64,000 nt of DNA, taken from the NCBI GenBank assembly GCA_002256025.1, contig NKIB01012576.1:1-64000 (forward strand), written 5' to 3'. The notes beneath the pieces are model-generated. The model made no database searches, had not been told where the DNA came from, and worked only from the letters and a program-made list of their open reading frames with translations. This stretch comes from Asterionella formosa. Taxonomy: Eukaryota. The stretch's first letter is position 1; every line of letters starts with the position of its first letter. Position numbers and translations under genes: made by a program. Shown here piece by piece: positions 57,817 through 64,000 of the stretch.

Positions 57817-60800
57817 ATTGGACTGGTCAATACATGTACGGTATATGTATTGAATGGTATATACCAGTAGCTTGTCTAATATACCAGTAGCTAGTCCAAT
57901 CATAGTTATTACCTCTTTGAAGCTTTGATTGCATCATTCAGCTCTTGAAATGGTGCATCATTGCGTGCTGCTCTGTCGCATTCTTCACTATTTGCTTGAG
58001 ACTGTTGTGGCATCATCACCAACAGATTATTCCACTGAGCAAGCCAGAGTACTGCTTCTTTGAGAGGCATCAGTATTAGAATAGAGGTTGCAATTAGCTA
58101 GCTATTCATGTTGACGAGCAGCTTCCAAATCATGATTATATTCAGCGCAGGTTTGCTTCCAGGGAATATGAGAAGTTTTCTGACAGGGCCACAGGGTATT
58201 TCCACATCCTTGAATGAGATATGGAGGATGACTTGTGTTAATTATTGCACAAGGTTATCATTTCATTCAGAATGTGTGTGGTTCAAAAACATTGCAGGCT
58301 AAGGAAATGTCTGGTAACTTTCTCTGGTATAAGTGGCAAGAAATTCGAAAGAAAGTGCACAACAGAATATTCTTTAATAGTCAGCATCTGCCTCAGGATT
58401 TACAGAAGAAGCCAAGTGGGAAATAAATTGCACTTCGGAATATATAATATCAGCATAGCTAGGAGTCAAAATGGCCCTGGAGAAATCTCAAGAATTGATG
58501 CAATTGTTTTCGTCCAGAGGAAGTACCAATTTTCAAATGATGAAATGCTGCAGTTAGCTAACATGAATATCAATTGCAGAAGGAATGTTGGAAGCTTTTG
58601 AAAGGCAATTTATTGGATTTTCTTGCTATGAAAAGGATAGAAGAAACATGGATGGAAGTATAACATTTAATTAAAAAATGCCTTGACAGTGCTGGCATCA
58701 ACTTGTTTCGAGGTGGAATGGACTGGAATTGGAGCTGTGACAACAGGCTCGGATAAAATATGTGTGGCGGTAGCTACTTGATGAAAAGATGTATATCTGA
58801 TGGTAGATTAGGAGTCAAGAGAGGAGACACTTAAGTTGGTTTTAGCAGTAGAGAGATCAGTAGAAATAGTTGTTCCTGTCATCATGCTTTAGTGTCTGAT
58901 TGAGCAATGGCAGGGAGTGCGGGCTGCAGCAATAAAGAACAGATTGAGGTGGTCTTTCCGGAGAATATGGGAGATTTGGAAGAATTAGAAAGGGAGAGTA
59001 AGGTCAGGAATAAATGTGGCTTTGAAGAAAAATTCACAGAAAGAAGGGTGCATACTAATAGATAGGCACCAAAATGCATTTTCACAGGAGGGCATGCAAG
59101 TGCTGATTCGGCTGATTTTTGTGGAGGGACCAGCAGGAGGTCTGTCAGAGGAAGTTGAGCAGGAGTAGGAGAGGAAGAGGAGTTGGTGGAGGGGGCAGCA
59201 GCATCCAAAACTGACATGTTGAATTAGGAGGATGTCAGTACTATGTAGCAGAACTACAGACTGCCACTTAGCATGGTTATCCATCTGTTCTACCCTGGAT
59301 TACATATTCATAGTACTAGGGAGAATAAATGGAGCTGGTTAGCAGAGAAATATTACAACGTACCCCAGGTAAGCAAAGTCATTCAATAGTGAACAGGCAC
59401 AGTATGGTGGAAATAGTTTATGACCAATACATACTGGTATGTATGTTGAGCAACCTATGGATTAATACCGGACAGCCAACAGCTACCTGTTACCAGCCAG
59501 CAGTAAAACCAACATGGTATGAAATTAATTATATAGCACACATTTGTAGAATTAAACATTTGGCAAACGTTTCTCTCTGTGTCCGGCGATGAATGGATTC
59601 GTAGTGATTTGCGCTGCATCTGTATATATCATGTTTCCACTTTCCTTTACTACTCCGGTATACCCCGGAAAGTTCATTGTTGTATCATAAGATGTTGAAA
59701 GAATTGTATACCGGTATATACCATGTACATATGGCTGGCTGCATCAAAGAAATTATTATAAAATTAGCCCACGTAGATCTGGTACAAAATATTATATAGC
59801 AATATCAGTTATGGCCGCCATCAGTGACCTTGCCATACATGATGCTTGGTTGCCGGTTGGTCAATTCAGGGAATATCTTAATGAAAAGTACTGTTATGCC
59901 AATGATATACAATTCAATACTAATAGATTGATAAGTTAGTTAAAGAAGTTGTTTCCAAACCAATTTTTGGACCCCAATGAATTCAAGTTTTCTAGAGGCA
60001 AGAAGGTGATCATGCTATTCCTACATGAGAATCAAACAAAGAGCAAAGTAGACAAAGATTACATCTATGTTACAGAAAATTCAGTAATAGCGATTACTAT
60101 GCTCCTTACTTATATGAATTGATCTGCATGGGAGGATAAATTTATCCCTTTGAAGAAGCAACTAAGAAGGAGTGGAAGTTGGGGTTGTGATGATCAAAAT
60201 TGTCGTTATGGTCACAGGGCTGTGACATCACCTAGTAGTACTTCACCTTGAACCTGAGATAAAGAAGTTGCTCTACTTACTACTTTTAATTCCACCAGTG
60301 CAAGCGCTATGACTAGTGTAGGAGAGCGAAGAACGGAAATCACCAAACTGGAGAAGAACAACTAGAGATGGAGGCAGAGGAAAGAAGGAGCAACTACTAA
60401 ATTAGTATGCTAGAGGAGGAGGGAATTAAGGGATGTGAATGTTCAACATAAGTAGATACTGATTCATTGTACCAATTCGAAGACTTGGGACTGAGCAACA
60501 ACATCCAGTGAGACAAGAACTCATCATTTGAGACTTGTCCCCCTGAAATCACCCATAACCATACCTATAGCAACAGCAACATCCAGCAAAAGCAAAAACA
60601 TATTTGTACTCCACTGAAGCCAAGAAACTGTGCTCATTTGAATTCACCATGCCTTCAATCAACAACCAAATCTAAATCCTCAAGCAAATAAATGTTGCCA
60701 GCTCTGGATACCCCGCCCACCAATTGATTCTGAATCTCAAGCACCAACAAAAAAGCCAATAAGACAACATCACCCATCCCCGCAAGTGGACAATCCACAA

Positions 60801-61919
60801 CAGAAGTGCCAATACATTGCTTATTCACTCCAAAAACATGAACACAAGACCTGGGAATGTTGTTGCACTATCACCTTCAAGTGATTAACAAACCAAAAAC
60901 TCACACTGGCCACACATGCACACATTGTCTCCAAATGATTCCGCAATTTTCGAAAACACGGCTTCGATGCATATCCAAATGAGAGTAAATTCCAAAGATT
61001 GGAAGCATGGATTTACAAAAGAATCGAGATTGGAGGACTACACATTGAATGGAAATCAGTAAGAATTTGGATTCATCCCAAAGCAAAGAATTTCTTTGAA
61101 GTCGTTCAGCATGGGAACTGTCTTGATTTTGAGGAAGAGAAGACATTATTGCAGTCAATGGGAAGGAAGGGAAATGGGAGTACTTGCTGACACCGAAATG
61201 TCACTGCTAACTTGCATGAGAGGGAATCGATTCGGTTAGCTATTCTTGGGGTTGCGCCAAGAATTTCTAGCGTTGGGTTGCTCTGACCATGAAGAAGAGG
61301 AACGAGAACTTCAGGTCTGTGGTGCAAGAGAGCATCATGGTGTCAAGGGACAAAAGTGTTAGCAGCAAAAATAATTTTTAAGGCAAGCAAGACAATATAT
61401 ACTATGTGCATACTTCAAGATTTGGGAAGATCTTGACAAGCTAATGGCAAGATGACAGGAGGGCTGCCAAAGTTGACACAACAACCCATGAAGCGGACCC
61501 CATCAGCGTTGAGAAGCTTGTCAGCAGATTCAAAACTCACCGCTGTGCCCTTGATTTCGATACAACTTTCTGCCAGGCAACCTGTGTCTATGATCGAATG
61601 TAGCGAACAACAAAGCAACGAAGCAAACAAGAAACAAGCAGCAAAATCAGCAAACATGAACAAGAACAACAACAGATTGATGTTACATACCGGTACTACC
61701 TTTTGCAGGGAAATTAGCGGAGTGCAATATGTATACCGGTATTTCAAAGAATTTGCATCAATTTTTTGTGCGTCACAATATTTACTCTTAATTATTATAT
61801 GCAAAAGAAAATCTATACTAATGCCTACGCATTCTACTATATTGATCTTCAGGTTGCAGCCAACCTTATTATGTGACAAGATCACAAAACATATGACACC
61901 ATAAACATATTTTATGCCG

Positions 61920-62077
61920 GGAAAATGATATTTCGTCCCACTAACCCTACACATAGGCTCCTCAATGGTATCATCGGAGGATGAGGGTTGGGTTTAGGGT
62001 TTAGGGTTAAGGTTAGAGCTAGGGCTACCTGTATGCATAACATAGGGGGACGAAATATAGAAAAGATATCTTTTTCC
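61920..62077. mobile_element. Small inverted-repeat element with telomere-like repeats, copy 2 (opposite orientation)
   Basis: GGAAAATGATATTTCGTCCCACTAACCCTA...GGGTTTAGGGTTTAGGGTTAAGGTTAG...TAGGGGGACGAAATATAGAAAAGATATCTTTTTCC. Confidence 0.65.
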
Positions 62078-62148
62078 AATACGCACTGGTATAGATACTA
62101 CCTGTTTACCTGGTAACAGGTATCTGCTACCGGCAGCATTAAAAAAAA

Positions 62149-62316
62149 GGGTACCAAGGTAGAGTACCGGTACTTGGTACCAGGTACCAGGTACCAGGCT
62201 ACCAGGTACCGTTATGTCAAGAGTATGGTACCAGGTACCTGGTACCAGGTACCTGGTACCAGGTACTAGTACCAGTCAAAAACTGGTACCTGGTACCTGG
62301 TACCAGCTACCAGTAC
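62149..62316. repeat. Palindromic GGTACCW heptamer array upstream of a gene
   Basis: Runs such as GGTACCAGGTACCTGGTACCAGGTACCTGGTACCAGGTAC. Similar arrays lie at about 4893, 8766, 17980, 27093, 45270, 45790 and 55670. Confidence 0.85.
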
Positions 62317-62491
62317 ATATTACATGTCGCTCTGTGATCATGCTCTATACATACCGGCATATCGGTATTACCGGTATGTAGTTCTCTTTCTATCAGCCAT
62401 CAGAGACGTAAAATCATGGCCTTACTATTGGTTGAGCGCTAATTTGCTAAATCAAGTCATTTATTTTTGAAAGAGCTGTCCATTTCTCATA

Positions 62492-63586
62492 ATGAATGTC
62501 CAGTTCACCCTCGTCGTTTTGTCATTGGCAGTTTCCCATGCCAATTCAATGCCCATGATTCGCCCGTCACGTCGTCAGATACTCGCAACAGCCGCTGTTG
62601 CCTACATTGGCACACCGGAAGTAGCTCGAGCTGATAGCATGGAGTTATCTCTAAATGGTCCCTTGGTGCCGGGATTATCTTCACCTCGACTCGTGAGTAT
62701 TGGGGAAAGCGCCTGGTCTCCTCCTCCTCTCGCCAGCGATCTAGGGAACACTCGCATCTTGGCCAAAGAATTGAACCCAACCCAGCAAATGCCATTTGGA
62801 GACCAAGAACTTTACTATGCACCATTTCTCTTTGGGGCGTGGAACGTCACTGCAACTTTGAAAAGAAAGGTGTACCCCTACGGAACTAGTTTTCTTCCTT
62901 CGAAATCTCTCATAGAGGGATCGCCCCGAAACAGAATGGAACAAGTTGGTGATTCAACCTGTTATGAACTTCATTATTTTAGCACCCTGGCAAATGATTT
63001 TCAAAATAAATTGACTGTCAATTTGGGTCTGGGAGTGCCAAAATCAAAAATTATTGCTGACCGGGCATTCGATGCCATTTCCATTTCAATGGCGTACAAA
63101 CACTTTACCCCTGTCCAAGAAGTAGACTGGAATCCCAGCAAAGATCCCACACACCTCTCAATTTCCTTTGGTGCAGCTCCTCTTGCTGAGGACATGAGAC
63201 CACTTGGGAAACGACGGGGTGAAGTTTACATTGTTGCAAGACAGACAGAGACTGTATCAGATACCATCTTTGCTTGTTCTGAGAGGAGTCGTTCTGTAAT
63301 TCTGTCCACTGGAGCTGTGGTCGTAAGCGATACAGAGGGAATCACAGAATATCACAAGAACGATGATAACCACATTACAGCTACTTCTAGAATAGCTGTC
63401 TACTTGACCCCTAACCCAAATTCACGTGAAGGAGTTTTGTGGCAGCAAGTTGGAGGGAAGGCAGTTGCATTTTTTGATTATGACATTCAGATGGAAAGAA
63501 TTCTTGAAAGTTTCACATTGGAAAATGGAGCAAAGGTTGAAAAGGCTTGTGTCAAAACTCCAAAAGATTACATGCAATGCGAATAA
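62492..63586 (+). CDS. Probable thylakoid-lumen protein (DUF6816-like) with a tripartite presequence
   Basis: Signal peptide MNVQFTLVVLSLAVSHANS, Tat motif SRRQIL, hydrophobic stretch and ARA cleavage site. The mature part has YAPFLFGAWNVTATL and IADRAF. Confidence 0.7.
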   Translation: MNVQFTLVVLSLAVSHANSMPMIRPSRRQILATAAVAYIGTPEVARADSMELSLNGPLVPGLSSPRLVSIGESAWSPPPLASDLGNTRILAKELNPTQQMPFGDQELYYAPFLFGAWNVTATLKRKVYPYGTSFLPSKSLIEGSPRNRMEQVGDSTCYELHYFSTLANDFQNKLTVNLGLGVPKSKIIADRAFDAISISMAYKHFTPVQEVDWNPSKDPTHLSISFGAAPLAEDMRPLGKRRGEVYIVARQTETVSDTIFACSERSRSVILSTGAVVVSDTEGITEYHKNDDNHITATSRIAVYLTPNPNSREGVLWQQVGGKAVAFFDYDIQMERILESFTLENGAKVEKACVKTPKDYMQCE

Positions 63587-64000
63587 ATATTATTCTTAGT
63601 CCTGGTGTCTGAAAGCCCAATGACCAATTTAAAGCCTTCTTTACTGATGCAAAGTTGTATCTTTCTTGATCTGATTCAAACACTTATCAAGAGGGTACAT
63701 CTGAATGCCAGCTAAATTTCATTCTGCAATTTTAAGGACAAAAATCAATGAAACCTAGAACTTGGAGCCAATCATATGCACTTGTTGTTTGCATTTTGTT
63801 GCCAGTATTGCAAAAATGAATTTCAAAAACATTAAACCTCAATAGATTCCTTTTTAAGGTTTCATGGCATGCATTCTAAAATATGCCAATAATAGTTGTT
63901 TGAGCTTGTTTAGCCTTGACCTCTGCACCACATACCACGTAAAGGGAATCAGTATATTGCTTCACTGTGTTGCCTTTTGCTGCTGATTACACGACATTTA

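Noticed and set aside
58000..61900. Protein-coding genes or an identifiable LINE
   Set aside because: Only short, stop-ridden ORFs without diagnostic motifs; probably decayed repeats, family not assignable by eye.

Overview
Eukaryotic nuclear DNA, most likely from a diatom. The evidence is GT-AG introns, bipartite signal + ASAFAP-like plastid-targeting presequences, a nuclear mitochondrial atp1, TTAGGG repeats and CoDi-like Ty1/copia elements. Gene islands (about 1.5-17.7 kb, 25-27 kb, 41-50.5 kb, 56-57 kb and 62.5-63.6 kb) alternate with CpG-poor transposon graveyards. Host genes include an isochorismatase-glutamine synthetase-like fusion, mitochondrial ATP synthase alpha, a DUF1995-like protein, a Pro-rich RxL membrane protein, a GPI-like mucin, RsmH, a plastid pyrophosphatase, a SAM methyltransferase, a tandem-duplicated helical protein, two head-to-head 2H phosphoesterases, an MFS transporter, a MORN protein and a Tat-targeted lumen protein. 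Mobile elements include a structurally complete but decayed PIF/Harbinger element, an old LTR element (27406-40480) holding several nested insertions, a young copia element with 311-bp LTRs, Tc1/IS630-like relics, and two copies of a small inverted-repeat element carrying telomeric repeats. The main leads are the copia element's apparent Tf1-like self-priming architecture, the isochorismatase-GS fusion, the telomere-bearing mini-elements, and GGTACCW arrays upstream of most genes. All calls come from reading the sequence and recognising motifs; no searches were run.
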